A DNA stretch of 64,000 nucleotides, taken from the NCBI GenBank assembly GCA_963824065.1, contig CAWGNX010000002.1, positions 575,366-639,365 on the forward strand, read 5' to 3'. Shown here one piece after another: positions 1 to 9,901 of the stretch. The notes under the pieces are model-generated. The model made no database searches, was not told the DNA's origin, and saw only the letters and a list, made by a program, of their open reading frames with translations. The first letter of the stretch is position 1, and every line of letters starts with the position of its first letter. Origin of the DNA: an uncultured Chloroflexia bacterium (GTDB lineage Bacteria > Chloroflexota > Anaerolineae > Anaerolineales > DRKV01). A program made the translations under genes and the position numbers.

Positions 1-838
1 AGGGGGCAACGGTCAAGTAATCCCGACCTTCGAAAAGCATCCTGCCCCAGGTAGGTGAAGGTGGTGGGATGCCAAGCCCCAAAAAACTTAATGCAGATTC
101 GAGGATAATAAACGTGGAAAAGCTGAACGCCACCAGAACCAGGGTTGGTGCGAGAACATTGGGGAGGATGTGGCGGAAAATTACCCTCCGTGAGTTGCCG
201 CCCAGGGCGATCGAAGCCATCACATATTCCTGGTCTTTCAGACTCAACACCGCCGAACGTATGACGCGCGCATAGGTCATCCAACCGGTGAGTGCCATCA
301 CCAGCATCAGATTGCGCATGCTGGGTCCTAAGATGGCAGCCAATGACAGCGCCATCAACACTAATGGAAACGCCAGGAACACATCCACCAGACCGGTCAG
401 GACGATATCAAGCGTGCCGCCAAAATACCCGGCGAATAAGCCAACACTTACACCAATAAATAATGCAAAAAATGCTGCCAGGCCAGCCGTCGGAATTGAA
501 ACCCTGGCTCCATATAAGAGGCGGCTGAAAATATCCCGCCCAAAATCATCGGTGCCCAGGAGATACTCAGGTTGACCGCCTTCCGCCCAAGAGGGTGGCA
601 GCAGCGTCAGGCGCAAATTCTGCTTGGTGGGATCATGCGGCGCAATTTCATTGGCAAAGATCGCTCCCAGGATGATCAAAACCATCATAATCAGACCCAG
701 CAGAGCGAGCCGGTTGCGGGTTAACGCCCGGTAGATGTCGACGAAATCCTTCGGCAGCCGGGGTTTGGAAACGGACTGCGGCCGATCCTGCGCCTCGAGC
801 TCACTAATCTTCTTGGTTGGATCGCGATCGGCGGTCAT
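1..838 (-). CDS. ABC transporter permease, DppC/OppC-like (C-terminus cut by window edge)
   Basis: Absent from the ORF track because it runs off the window. Manual minus-strand translation from the ATG at 838 gives MTADRDPTKK...LALLGLIMMVLIILGAIFANEIAPHDP...EYLLGTDDFGRDIFSRLLYGARVSIP...ILESALSFLGLGIPPPSPTWG with no stop down to position 1. ATGA start/stop overlap with the upstream permease at 835-838. Confidence 0.9.
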   Translation of the reverse strand, partial: MTADRDPTKKISELEAQDRPQSVSKPRLPKDFVDIYRALTRNRLALLGLIMMVLIILGAIFANEIAPHDPTKQNLRLTLLPPSWAEGGQPEYLLGTDDFGRDIFSRLLYGARVSIPTAGLAAFFALFIGVSVGLFAGYFGGTLDIVLTGLVDVFLAFPLVLMALSLAAILGPSMRNLMLVMALTGWMTYARVIRSAVLSLKDQEYVMASIALGGNSRRVIFRHILPNVLAPTLVLVAFSFSTFIILESALSFLGLGIPPPSPTWGRMLFEGRDYLTVAP

Positions 839-1788
839 TTTTTCACCAGACGTATCCGGGGATCCAAGAATTGGTAGGAGATATCTACCAGGAGGTTGAT
901 CACCACAAAGCTCACGGTTAAGAATAAGACTGCAGCCTGGACGACGGGATAATCCCGGTTGTATATTGCCTGGATCGTTAATAAACCCAGGCCAGGCCAA
1001 GCAAAAATCGTTTCGATTACCACTGCACCGCCCAGGATATAGCCAAACTGCAGGCCGACAATGGTCACAATGGGCAGTAAGGCATTCCGCAGGGCGTGCA
1101 CCGTGATCACTTTGTTTTCTGTCTGGCCTTTGGCACGCGCCGTCCGGACGTAATCCTGGTGGAGGACCTGGAGCATCGAAGAGCGGGTCATCCGGGAGAT
1201 CAAGGCCATGATTGCAAATGCAATGGTCACAGCCGGTAGAATCACGTAGCGCAGCCCCGGGCCGCCGGATGTGGGTAACCAGCCCAATTTGACGGCAAAC
1301 AGGTACACCAGCATAAACCCAAGCCAGTAATTCGGCATGGATTGGCCGATCACAGACAGGCAGGAAGCCGCATAATCCGGAGGCCGGTTGCGATTGACTG
1401 CGGCAATAATTCCCAAGGGCAGGGCAAATATTACTGCCAGTAGCACGCTTGTAAAACTCAGCTGAAGTGTTGCCGGCAGGCGCTCGATGACCAGCTCCAT
1501 GGCGGGCTGGTTATAGCGCAGCGAGCGACCAAAATCCCCCTGCATGGCATCTTTTAAAAACCGGCCGTATTGAACCAGAAAAGGGTCATTGAAACCATAC
1601 GCTTCGCGAAATGCGTCCACCTGTTCTGCGCTGGCTTCAGGTGGCAGCATGAGAACTGCCGGATCTCCGGACAAAAAAATCATCCCAAAAACAACAATTG
1701 AGACGACAAAAATAACCGGTATGGAGAGCAGGGCGCGCCGAAGTATATATTCCAATGCTGGTCCCCTGATCGGGAGGTGGGGTTGCAC
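835..1788 (-). CDS. ABC transporter permease, DppB/OppB-like
   Basis: 317 aa polytopic protein. N-terminal 'LRRALLSIPVIFVVSIVVF', 'FGFNDPFLVQY' and the EAA-loop-like 'DYVRTARAKGQTENKVITVHALRNALLPIVT' are typical of the binding-protein-dependent transport inner-membrane component. Confidence 0.92.
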   Translation of the reverse strand: MQPHLPIRGPALEYILRRALLSIPVIFVVSIVVFGMIFLSGDPAVLMLPPEASAEQVDAFREAYGFNDPFLVQYGRFLKDAMQGDFGRSLRYNQPAMELVIERLPATLQLSFTSVLLAVIFALPLGIIAAVNRNRPPDYAASCLSVIGQSMPNYWLGFMLVYLFAVKLGWLPTSGGPGLRYVILPAVTIAFAIMALISRMTRSSMLQVLHQDYVRTARAKGQTENKVITVHALRNALLPIVTIVGLQFGYILGGAVVIETIFAWPGLGLLTIQAIYNRDYPVVQAAVLFLTVSFVVINLLVDISYQFLDPRIRLVKK

Positions 1789-1832
1789 AGGCTGCCCCGA
1801 GCAACCCCACCGGATTTATCGAACGGTTTTAT

Positions 1833-3479
1833 TTATTGTGTAGATGTAGCTAAGTGGAACCTCCACATTTCATCTGGTTGTGGCGTCCATACTACATCGG
1901 GAGAGACAGCCCAGATCTGTTCGAGCTGGTAGACTGAGCCGTAGGGTGCTTTGTCAAAGAACTCCTGCTGGATTTCCTTGTAGGCGGCCGCGCGTTCAGT
2001 ATCGTCAAACATACCCAACGCTGCGTCTACCTTGGCGGCCAGCTCTGGATCGATGTAGTAATATCCCTGTGAGCCTTCCAGGTAGCTCTTGAGGTGGACG
2101 CCCATATCGAACGCCCAATCTCCCAGACTGTAAATATACATCGGATTCGTCTCATGGGCTAATCGGATTGGGCCAAAAACGCCAAATTCCGCAACATTGA
2201 GGGTCGCGCGGATGCCGACTTCATTCAGCTGGGCGACAATCGCTTCAGCCACTTTTGAGTGATCGACGATCGAGCCTGTAAATGAGTCGAAAACGACATC
2301 AAATCCATCCGCATACCCCGCCTGCGCTAACAATGCGCGCGCCTGATCGGGATCGTATTGCGGCTGAATGTCTTCCGCAAAGCCGAAGGTCTGGGGGATG
2401 AAAACACTGGCAATCGGGGTCCCATACCCTCGCCCGACACCCAGGACCAGCGCTTCCCGGTCAATCGCCAGATTGACGGCCTTGCGAACCAGGGGATCGT
2501 CAAAGGGTGGTTGCGTAGTATTCATCACCACGAAGTAAAATCGTGAGCTCGGTGCGGAGCGGATCTCCATGTTATCGGCGCTGTCCAGCTCTTCAACGCG
2601 AGAAGCCGGAACGTTGCTGGCGATATCGACTTCACCGGCCAGGGCAGCCGCCATCCGGGCAGCATCGTCAGTGATAAACCGCAGCGTAAGAGTCTTAAAC
2701 TCCGGTACCGTGCCCCAGTAGTCTTCATTGGCTTCCAGGGTCATGTGGCTGTCTTTGACCCACTCGACGAATTTGTACGGGCCGGCGCCTACGGGAGCAT
2801 TATCGAACCCGGCATCCCCGACCTGTTCGTAATAGTTTTTGGGTACGATGCTGCCGTACAGGTCAAACACTCTGGAGGGGAGCAAGACATCCGGAATCGT
2901 GGTTTTGATTTGGAAGGTCGTGTCATCGATCACCACCACTTCCTGGATGGTCTGCAGGAAGGTCGTGTGAGGCGATTTGACATCGGGATTAAGCACGAGC
3001 TCCTCGTATGTAAACTTCACATCTTCAGAGGTTACTGGATCGCCATTATGGAATGTTGCACCAGAACGTAGTTTAAATTCCCAGGTTGTATCATCGATCA
3101 ATTTCCAGGATTCCGCTAGCGCTGGGACGAGGTTTCCTTCTGGATCGCGGGTTGTCAATGCATCAAACATCAGGGCATTCACAATCTCGTTCAAGCGACC
3201 GACCGGTTGTTGAGGCTGTAAGCGGGAGGGCTGCCCATTGATCGCGACCGTCAGGGTATCCTTGACAGGCGCAGCGGGTGCCTCGGTTGGGGCAGGGGCT
3301 TCCGTGTTTGTTGGCTCAGGGGGCGGCGCTTCTTCTTTGGTCGCTTCCGGTGCGCTGACTTCGGTTGTTTCCGCCGGGGCGGGTGTGGAGGTAGCTGCGG
3401 GTGTGCAAGCGCTCAAGATCAAAAGTAGTGCCATCAGGCCAAAAAAAACTGACTTCGTAAGCAGGGAGCTTTTCTTCAT
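1833..3479 (-). CDS. ABC transporter substrate-binding lipoprotein, family 5 (peptide/nickel/oligosaccharide type)
   Basis: I prefer the ATG at 3479 (MKKSSLLTKSVFFGLMALLLILSAC, lipobox) because a GGAGGA sits upstream. A Pro/Thr/Ala/Glu-rich linker is followed by an SBP_bac_5-like body (TLTVAINGQP..., WKLIDDTTWEFKLR, GAGPYKFVEW). Confidence 0.9.
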   Translation of the reverse strand: MKKSSLLTKSVFFGLMALLLILSACTPAATSTPAPAETTEVSAPEATKEEAPPPEPTNTEAPAPTEAPAAPVKDTLTVAINGQPSRLQPQQPVGRLNEIVNALMFDALTTRDPEGNLVPALAESWKLIDDTTWEFKLRSGATFHNGDPVTSEDVKFTYEELVLNPDVKSPHTTFLQTIQEVVVIDDTTFQIKTTIPDVLLPSRVFDLYGSIVPKNYYEQVGDAGFDNAPVGAGPYKFVEWVKDSHMTLEANEDYWGTVPEFKTLTLRFITDDAARMAAALAGEVDIASNVPASRVEELDSADNMEIRSAPSSRFYFVVMNTTQPPFDDPLVRKAVNLAIDREALVLGVGRGYGTPIASVFIPQTFGFAEDIQPQYDPDQARALLAQAGYADGFDVVFDSFTGSIVDHSKVAEAIVAQLNEVGIRATLNVAEFGVFGPIRLAHETNPMYIYSLGDWAFDMGVHLKSYLEGSQGYYYIDPELAAKVDAALGMFDDTERAAAYKEIQQEFFDKAPYGSVYQLEQIWAVSPDVVWTPQPDEMWRFHLATSTQ

Positions 3480-3606
3480 TTTTTCCTCCAGGAAATATTC
3501 AGGGGGGCGAGCAGTCACAGGGTTTCAATTGCAAATTAAGATACCATCCACATAGGCGACGCCTCCTTTGTCCGAATGAAACTTATCATACACAACTTGC
3601 CGGTGG

Positions 3607-4689
3607 CTAACCTCGACTGAGGTTGAAATCATGTGGCAGGTCATTGAAAAATTGGGTCAATAACGAGATCAGGAAATCCATATCCGAGCATGAAACCACC
3701 TCAATCGGGGCATGGGTATAACGGGTAGGTATGCCCACATCCAGGCAGTAAACTCCCTCGCCTTCTAGCTGGTAGAAGGAGGTATCGGTCAGCAATCCCA
3801 TAGATACATTCTTTTGGTAGGGGATATTTTCGCGTTCGGCAGTCTGGATGATCCCGGCGACCAGGCGCGGGTTGGGGATCAGGCCTCCCAAAGTTCCACG
3901 GCCGTGGAATGTGTAGCGGGAAATGGCTGGTCCACCGCCCAACCGGGTATCGGACACACCGATTAAATCAGGGGTGTCACAGGCTACAACGACGTCAATC
4001 GCAACCGCAATTTCGGGCCGGATGCGGGGATAGGTAGTGACGACACCCCTCAGGTTGAATTCTTCCTGGGTGGTGGCGACAAAGTAGATATCCCGCGCGT
4101 GGGGCTTTTGAACAAGATTCTCCATCACAGAAAGCAGCACCTCACAACCAGACCTGTTATCCATCGACTTGCCAAAAATGAGGTCATCGTGCACATGGAA
4201 ATATGGAGCATAGGTAACCGGGTCACCCACCGAAACACCGAGCTTCAACACAGATTGTTGGGATGGAGCGCCGATATCGACGTATAAATCCTGGATCTTT
4301 AATGGCGCATATTTTTCGTCAGGTTTCGTAAAATGATGAGATTTGTGTCCAATGACTCCCCGAACTGGTTCACGTGCGCCCAGCACCATGACGGGTATCC
4401 CGGGTGCTGTCCGTTCGGGCACACCGCCTAAACGCTCGAGGCGCAGATATCCATTTTCCTCAATCTTCCGGACGACGAATCCCAGCTCATCCATGTGGGC
4501 GAACAGCATCAGCGGATCGGACTTCCCCGGCATTGTCCCCGGATGGAAGGCGATGAGATTACCTAACCGGTCGGTAATCACCTCCGGCACAAGGTTAAGC
4601 ATCTCCTGCCGGATTGTACGGATGATTTCATCCTCATAACCTGAAGGAGCTGAGATCGCGGATAATCGACTAAGTCGTTCCAAATTCAT
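3607..4689 (-). CDS. M42 family metallopeptidase (FrvX/SgcX-like aminopeptidase, often mis-called endoglucanase)
   Basis: 360 aa. 'LSAISAPSGYEDEI', 'LFAHMDELGFVV', 'GKSMDNRSGC', 'TTQEEFNLRG' and 'TRYTHAPIEV' match the M42 metal-ligand pattern. 4-nt overlap with the upstream kinase. Confidence 0.88.
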   Translation of the reverse strand: MNLERLSRLSAISAPSGYEDEIIRTIRQEMLNLVPEVITDRLGNLIAFHPGTMPGKSDPLMLFAHMDELGFVVRKIEENGYLRLERLGGVPERTAPGIPVMVLGAREPVRGVIGHKSHHFTKPDEKYAPLKIQDLYVDIGAPSQQSVLKLGVSVGDPVTYAPYFHVHDDLIFGKSMDNRSGCEVLLSVMENLVQKPHARDIYFVATTQEEFNLRGVVTTYPRIRPEIAVAIDVVVACDTPDLIGVSDTRLGGGPAISRYTFHGRGTLGGLIPNPRLVAGIIQTAERENIPYQKNVSMGLLTDTSFYQLEGEGVYCLDVGIPTRYTHAPIEVVSCSDMDFLISLLTQFFNDLPHDFNLSRG

Positions 4690-6239
4690 TCGGAGTTCCC
4701 ATAACCCAATTGGGCGAGATGATGTAAGTTGCTGCTCAGCCTTGGAAAAATATCCCGGTACTCGCGGTAGTAAGCCTCGTAGAGGCGGTTGCGATCCGGA
4801 TCGGGCAAGATCCGCTGGCTAGATTTCACCCAGGATTTGGAATCAGATAACCGGTCGAACCAACCGATGCCCATCCCAGCCATGTAGGCATCGCCATAAG
4901 CGGCGCCCAGCGTCTGGTCGGGGACTATCTGCTCTACCCCGGTCACATCACTGACGATTTGGAGCCAGGGAAGGCTTTTCGTACCACCACCGACAGCTAC
5001 CGCCAGATTGGTGGTACCGCCGGCCTGTTTAATGACTTCCAGGTTGTGTGCAATTCCATAGGCAATCCCTTCCAGAACAGCCCGATAGAGGTGGGCTTTC
5101 GTATGCGATAGGGTCAGACCAGCGATAACGCCGCGCGCCAGAGGGTCATTGATCGGAGTCCGTTCCCCGCTAAAATAGGGGAGCAACACGAGACCTTCAC
5201 TTCCAGGTGGAATTTTGTCTGCCTGGGATGATAACGCTGCATACGCGTTTTGCCCGCCCTGGATTTCGGCCTGCAGCTCAATTTGGCCGAACTGGTCGCG
5301 AAACCAGCGTGTCAGTGAACCTGCTGTTGCCATACCGGCGGCCAGCGACCATGTGTCGGGGGTAAGATACATCCCCGTCCACAATTTTGGTTCGATCATC
5401 AACCGGTTAACTACATGGATCATGAACAATGTTGATCCGTACATCAACATCAGCTCGCCGGGCTGGGTAACTCCAATGCTGACCGCTTCAGCGGCAGCGT
5501 CGGTTGTACCGACAATTACCGGGGTTCCTGCTGCAAGTCCTGTTAGGGCTGCGGCCTCCGCATGCACCTCACCAGCCAGGGCTGTTGACCAGGCGGGCGT
5601 TGGCAGCACGCCCGGGTCGACGATGCCGCGGCACATGGTCTCATCCCAATTGAAGGATGAAAGGTTATAGAGCGGGGCGAAGGTAGCCGCGGTATAGTGG
5701 TCGATACAGGTAGCTCCTGTGAGCCGAAACACCAGGTAGCCGGTGGCGGTGAGAATATGGTGCGTGCGTTCAAATATTTCAGGCTCATGCCTCGCCAGCC
5801 ACAAGATCTTCGGTCCTACAGACTGGCTTGATAAGCTGTTCCCAGAAACAGCCAGGATGCGTTCTGCCCCGATTTCTTGTTCCAGTTCGGCGATTTCTGC
5901 CGTTGCCCGGGTATCAATCCCATACAGAATTGCTGCACGCAGTGGTTTGCCGTTTTTATCGACGGGTAACAAGTCTGGACCGATGCCACTGCACCCGATC
6001 GCCGCGAACTCGGAAGCAGAAATCCCGGTCTGGTCGATCAGTGTTTTGACCAACGAACAAAAATCATGCCACCAGACCTCATCCGCGGCATGTTCAGCCC
6101 AACCAGGTCGCGGTAGGCTAAGTTCGTGCGGAATGGCAGCGTACCCCAGAATATTGCCCTGGCGGTCTGAAATCACGCCTTTGGATTCGTATGTTCCGAT
6201 ATCAATCCCGAGCAGGTATTTTTTCTCCATGATCATCAA
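4686..6239 (-). CDS. FGGY-family carbohydrate kinase (xylulokinase-like)
   Basis: 517 aa. N-terminal 'YLLGIDIGTYESKG' phosphate-1 motif, 'GTTDAAAEAV', and C-terminal 'AVGGGTKSLPWLQIVSDVTG'. The start could instead be the ATG at 6230. Confidence 0.9.
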   Translation of the reverse strand: MMIMEKKYLLGIDIGTYESKGVISDRQGNILGYAAIPHELSLPRPGWAEHAADEVWWHDFCSLVKTLIDQTGISASEFAAIGCSGIGPDLLPVDKNGKPLRAAILYGIDTRATAEIAELEQEIGAERILAVSGNSLSSQSVGPKILWLARHEPEIFERTHHILTATGYLVFRLTGATCIDHYTAATFAPLYNLSSFNWDETMCRGIVDPGVLPTPAWSTALAGEVHAEAAALTGLAAGTPVIVGTTDAAAEAVSIGVTQPGELMLMYGSTLFMIHVVNRLMIEPKLWTGMYLTPDTWSLAAGMATAGSLTRWFRDQFGQIELQAEIQGGQNAYAALSSQADKIPPGSEGLVLLPYFSGERTPINDPLARGVIAGLTLSHTKAHLYRAVLEGIAYGIAHNLEVIKQAGGTTNLAVAVGGGTKSLPWLQIVSDVTGVEQIVPDQTLGAAYGDAYMAGMGIGWFDRLSDSKSWVKSSQRILPDPDRNRLYEAYYREYRDIFPRLSSNLHHLAQLGYGNSE

Positions 6240-6246
6240 TCACTTT

Positions 6247-7242
6247 TCAAAGGGAGATAACTTCGCCGGATTCAGCAGATTGGGATAATGCAAGCAGTAC
6301 TTGCAAAGCCTCTCTCGAGTGGATGGGATTGCCATAGATCGGATTCTTGTTGCCGTTAACGCAATCCAGGAAATGATTCACCATACTCCGATAGGCATCG
6401 ACGATTTCAACCTGAACAAGCTCGGGTTCCAGGTCATTGCTAAAGAGCAGCATGTTTCTCTGGGCACTGCCCTGGGCTACCAGGGCACCCTGAAAATTGA
6501 ACACCGCAGTTCCGTTTTTACCATCAACCCGCAGATGCATGCTCAATGGATAATTTAGGGGAACGTTATAGTTGGCTTCCAGAGCGACATGCAAGCCGTT
6601 TTGGTACTTTAACAGACTGTGAATCTGTGCCCATGCGCCTGCCGGATTCTTGATTCCTTGGGCAAATACTGAGCCTGGCTTTCCGAATAGGAAGGTAAAA
6701 AATTCAATGTCATGGAAGTGCGCTTCGAGACAGCCAAGTCCGTAATTTGGGTTTAGCAATCTATTCTGCCAGTCCGGGTTGAGCGTACCTGATATTCGCC
6801 AGCCTGTTGCAGCAGACAGGTTTCCCAGGACCTCATCATCAATAAGGTCCCGGAAAGCCATATATTCAGGCCAGAACTGGAGAACATGTCCAATCATCAA
6901 GCGCCGTTTTGTACGATCCGCCTGCTCGATCATCTGGTCACATTCAGGCAGTGAGAGTGCCATTGGCCGATCAACAAGAACATGTGCCCCGGCGGCCATC
7001 GCTTGAACAGCCTGGGGGAAATGGGCGGAGGTTACCGAAGCCAGCACGACGACATCGAGGTTGGCCTGGTCAAGCATAGTTTGGAAGTCGGGATAGGCAG
7101 GAATACCCTGTTCGGTGGTAAAAGGTGACAGGGATTCGCCCAACTCAGGGCACATCCCCACGACCTGGACACCCGGGAACTCGTGAAAGGATCGAAAGAA
7201 AATTTTCCCGTACAGGTTGTTTCCTACAATGCCAATGCGCAT
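6247..7242 (-). CDS. Gfo/Idh/MocA family NAD(P)-dependent oxidoreductase
   Basis: 331 aa. N-terminal Rossmann 'MRIGIVGNNLYGKIF' and a 'AAGAHVLVDRPMALS' EKP-like segment, typical of the family. Confidence 0.87.
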   Translation of the reverse strand: MRIGIVGNNLYGKIFFRSFHEFPGVQVVGMCPELGESLSPFTTEQGIPAYPDFQTMLDQANLDVVVLASVTSAHFPQAVQAMAAGAHVLVDRPMALSLPECDQMIEQADRTKRRLMIGHVLQFWPEYMAFRDLIDDEVLGNLSAATGWRISGTLNPDWQNRLLNPNYGLGCLEAHFHDIEFFTFLFGKPGSVFAQGIKNPAGAWAQIHSLLKYQNGLHVALEANYNVPLNYPLSMHLRVDGKNGTAVFNFQGALVAQGSAQRNMLLFSNDLEPELVQVEIVDAYRSMVNHFLDCVNGNKNPIYGNPIHSREALQVLLALSQSAESGEVISL

Positions 7243-7310
7243 AGTCTTCCTGGCTTTCGATTTAGATTGTCGCGGTAGCGGTGGTTGATCGCGGGGTAAC
7301 GATCTGCCGG

Positions 7311-8084
7311 CTAGAAAATTCGTTCAGGCGCATAGACCCGACCGGCGAACATCAAATGCTGGCTCGCCTTGATCATCTTGTCAACTTCGGTCTGACCGCG
7401 GTTCAAAGTGAACAGCATGTGGGATGGTAAAAAAGCGTCCACACGCAAATCCATATCTGCCAGCCGTTTGCCGCTGGCACGGTAGCCATCAATCGTCGAA
7501 CCTGATTCGGCATAATTTTGCAGGCTGATCAATCCGCCATACGAGATGTGGTCGCCTGCGAACAAATAACGTTTTTCCTTGCCCTCCAGCAGGTACATGA
7601 TATGGGCGCGGGTGTGTCCGGCGACGATGATTGCTGTCATTTTCAGGTTTCCAATGGTGAACACATCACCATCTTTGACCCGGATATCAATTGGGCAGGG
7701 TTTGACGACAAAATCCCGCGGGTAATAGCCCGCATCTTTGGCAACTCGCAGTCCCAGGCGTTCTTCATCCGCGTTTTCAACAAAAGGTGCCTCTTCCTCG
7801 GAGATGGCGACTTTGCAGCCTAACAGGTCTCGTAAATCCTTGGCGCCGCCGATATGGTCTGTATGGGAATGGGTTAAAAAGACCGTTTTTATGTTTTTGG
7901 GATTCAGGCCATCATTCTCGACAATATTTATTATGCCCTGCGTGTCTGCCCCAACGCCGGCATCAATCAATGCCAGCTCATTGTTGCCACCATCAATTAA
8001 ATACACAGCACAGTCGGATGCATGGGTTAATCGAATACCGTGATCACCGGCACCGACGATGTAAACTTCATTTGATAATTTCAT
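7311..8084 (-). CDS. MBL-fold metallo-hydrolase
   Basis: 257 aa with the 'LTHSHTDHIGG' HxHxDH zinc motif and later 'AGHTRAH' and 'GDH' ligand segments. Confidence 0.85.
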   Translation of the reverse strand: MKLSNEVYIVGAGDHGIRLTHASDCAVYLIDGGNNELALIDAGVGADTQGIINIVENDGLNPKNIKTVFLTHSHTDHIGGAKDLRDLLGCKVAISEEEAPFVENADEERLGLRVAKDAGYYPRDFVVKPCPIDIRVKDGDVFTIGNLKMTAIIVAGHTRAHIMYLLEGKEKRYLFAGDHISYGGLISLQNYAESGSTIDGYRASGKRLADMDLRVDAFLPSHMLFTLNRGQTEVDKMIKASQHLMFAGRVYAPERIF

Positions 8085-8139
8085 GTTTTCTCTCCTTTTC
8101 TGAGTTCATTATTGATTTTTGAAATCAATCTGGCGGAGA

Positions 8140-9051
8140 TCATCCGGTTGGAAGACTCAGGATGGATTTCAACGCCGCGAATGTGTCGGGTAGGGTTTGT
8201 TCGGGTTTCGTTCGATACGGGGTTACCTCCGCCACAATCCAGCCATCATACTGGATTGCATTTAATGCCTGCATAACTTTCTGCCAGGGCACATCACCAT
8301 GCAGCAGGTTAGTGAAGCCCTGGATACCACCAATATCGAGGCGGTAATCTTTAAAATGGACTCGCTTTATACGATTACCCAGGTAGCTGATCCATTGGTC
8401 GGGGTTGCCGTAAGCGAGGATATTAGCTACATCGAAATATGCCCCAATCCAGGGAGATTGGAACGCATCGATAAAACGTGCGAACTCGAGCGGGCTGAGC
8501 AGAAATTTATTCCAAATATTTTCCAGAGCCAGGGAGATGCGTCTTTCTTCCGCATATGGCAACAGCTTTTCCAGTGCCACCTGTGTACGCTCCCAGGCCT
8601 GTTTGTAGGTTGTATCACCCTGGACCATGCCTGGTGCAACCAGCACCAGATCACCACCCACTCCGGCAGTAATATCAATCATTTTTCGGACGATATCCAG
8701 CGCGCGTTCCCGGACGACCTGGATTGGGCTGCTCAATGGGTAATAAAATAGCAGCATGGTTGAGATGCTAATCAACTTCAGATCGAGCTTTTCGGCGAAT
8801 GGTTTGATAGCGAACCATTCAGCTGGCTGCGACTCGTAACGGATCCCACCCGGTCGCGGATCCAGCAATCCGACGCTTCTTTGGATCGCCCGGATTGATT
8901 CGGTTTGTTCATTGTAGGCTTCCGGGAGCAGATCTAAAGCGGTCTCCAGGGAAAGCTCAAAGCCATTAAAGCCTTCAAGCCTGGCAATCCGCAGGCACTC
9001 CTCCATAGGAAGCTGGGGAGCAAACGCGCCCTGGAAAATTCCTAGTTTCAC
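8140..9051 (-). CDS. sugar phosphate isomerase/epimerase (xylose-isomerase-like TIM barrel)
   Basis: 303 aa. 'GFNGFELS', 'LALENIWNKF', 'GAYFDVANIL' and 'VHFKDY' fit the AP_endonuc_2 / xylose isomerase-like barrel pattern. Confidence 0.78.
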   Translation of the reverse strand: MKLGIFQGAFAPQLPMEECLRIARLEGFNGFELSLETALDLLPEAYNEQTESIRAIQRSVGLLDPRPGGIRYESQPAEWFAIKPFAEKLDLKLISISTMLLFYYPLSSPIQVVRERALDIVRKMIDITAGVGGDLVLVAPGMVQGDTTYKQAWERTQVALEKLLPYAEERRISLALENIWNKFLLSPLEFARFIDAFQSPWIGAYFDVANILAYGNPDQWISYLGNRIKRVHFKDYRLDIGGIQGFTNLLHGDVPWQKVMQALNAIQYDGWIVAEVTPYRTKPEQTLPDTFAALKSILSLPTG

Positions 9052-9062
9052 AGCAATCCTTT

Positions 9063-9866
9063 CTAACGATTGGCTCTAAGCACGGACATGAAGGCCTCCA
9101 CGCGTGCTTGATCAACTGGATTCCAGGTTGTGCCGTTAATTTTTAAGCTCGAGCCAACGATGACGCCATCGGCATGCTGGATTAACTCGGCGATATTTTC
9201 TTTTTTCGCTCCCGTATTTATAAAAATTGGGACTGGGCTGGCGGCTGTGCGGACTGATTTGAGCTGACCTTTGTCAACAGCATGACCGGTCATGGAGCCG
9301 GATACACAGATTCCATCCGGTAGGCTGGAAAACACGACAGATTTGGCAACTTCCTCAATCGGGCGGGCCGCCAGGGGAGCTGCAAACTCGGCATTGATGT
9401 TGAACAGCAGGCGGATCTTGTCTGCGCGGATGGTACTCCGAAAACGTAGCGCTTCACCAGCGCTGGTATCCCAAAGCCCCATATCACTGGTATAGACACC
9501 TGTGAAGATCTCACGGACAAAGCTGCCCCCGGTGGCATGTGCTACCGCCAAAGCTGCAACCGGGTCCCACAGGATATCGACTCCAAATGGAATCCGGATC
9601 TCGGCGCGCACAATCCCGATGACGAAAGCCATCGCAGCGATTACCGCCGGGTTGCTTTTGAATGTATATGGGCGGTCGTGCTCATTGCAAAACATGATTG
9701 CATCGATGCCGCCTTCCTGAAGCGCCTGCAGGTCTTTTCGCGCAGCCGCAACAATTGTATCCATACCGCCCTCTGGATCGTAGCGAGGAGATGTTGGAAG
9801 CGGTAGGATGTGCACCATGCCGATGGCAGGCTTGTTGGTCTTAAACAGATCCTTGATCCAGTCCAT
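9063..9866 (-). CDS. BtpA/SgcQ family TIM-barrel protein
   Basis: 267 aa. 'KPAIGMVHILPLPTSPRYD', 'GGIDAIMFCNEHDRPY' and 'PIFINTGAKKENI' resemble the BtpA/SgcQ family. Confidence 0.78.
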   Translation of the reverse strand: MDWIKDLFKTNKPAIGMVHILPLPTSPRYDPEGGMDTIVAAARKDLQALQEGGIDAIMFCNEHDRPYTFKSNPAVIAAMAFVIGIVRAEIRIPFGVDILWDPVAALAVAHATGGSFVREIFTGVYTSDMGLWDTSAGEALRFRSTIRADKIRLLFNINAEFAAPLAARPIEEVAKSVVFSSLPDGICVSGSMTGHAVDKGQLKSVRTAASPVPIFINTGAKKENIAELIQHADGVIVGSSLKINGTTWNPVDQARVEAFMSVLRANR

Positions 9867-9901
9867 GTTTCCCCTTCAAATTTTTCCTTCGTGAACGTTT
9901 T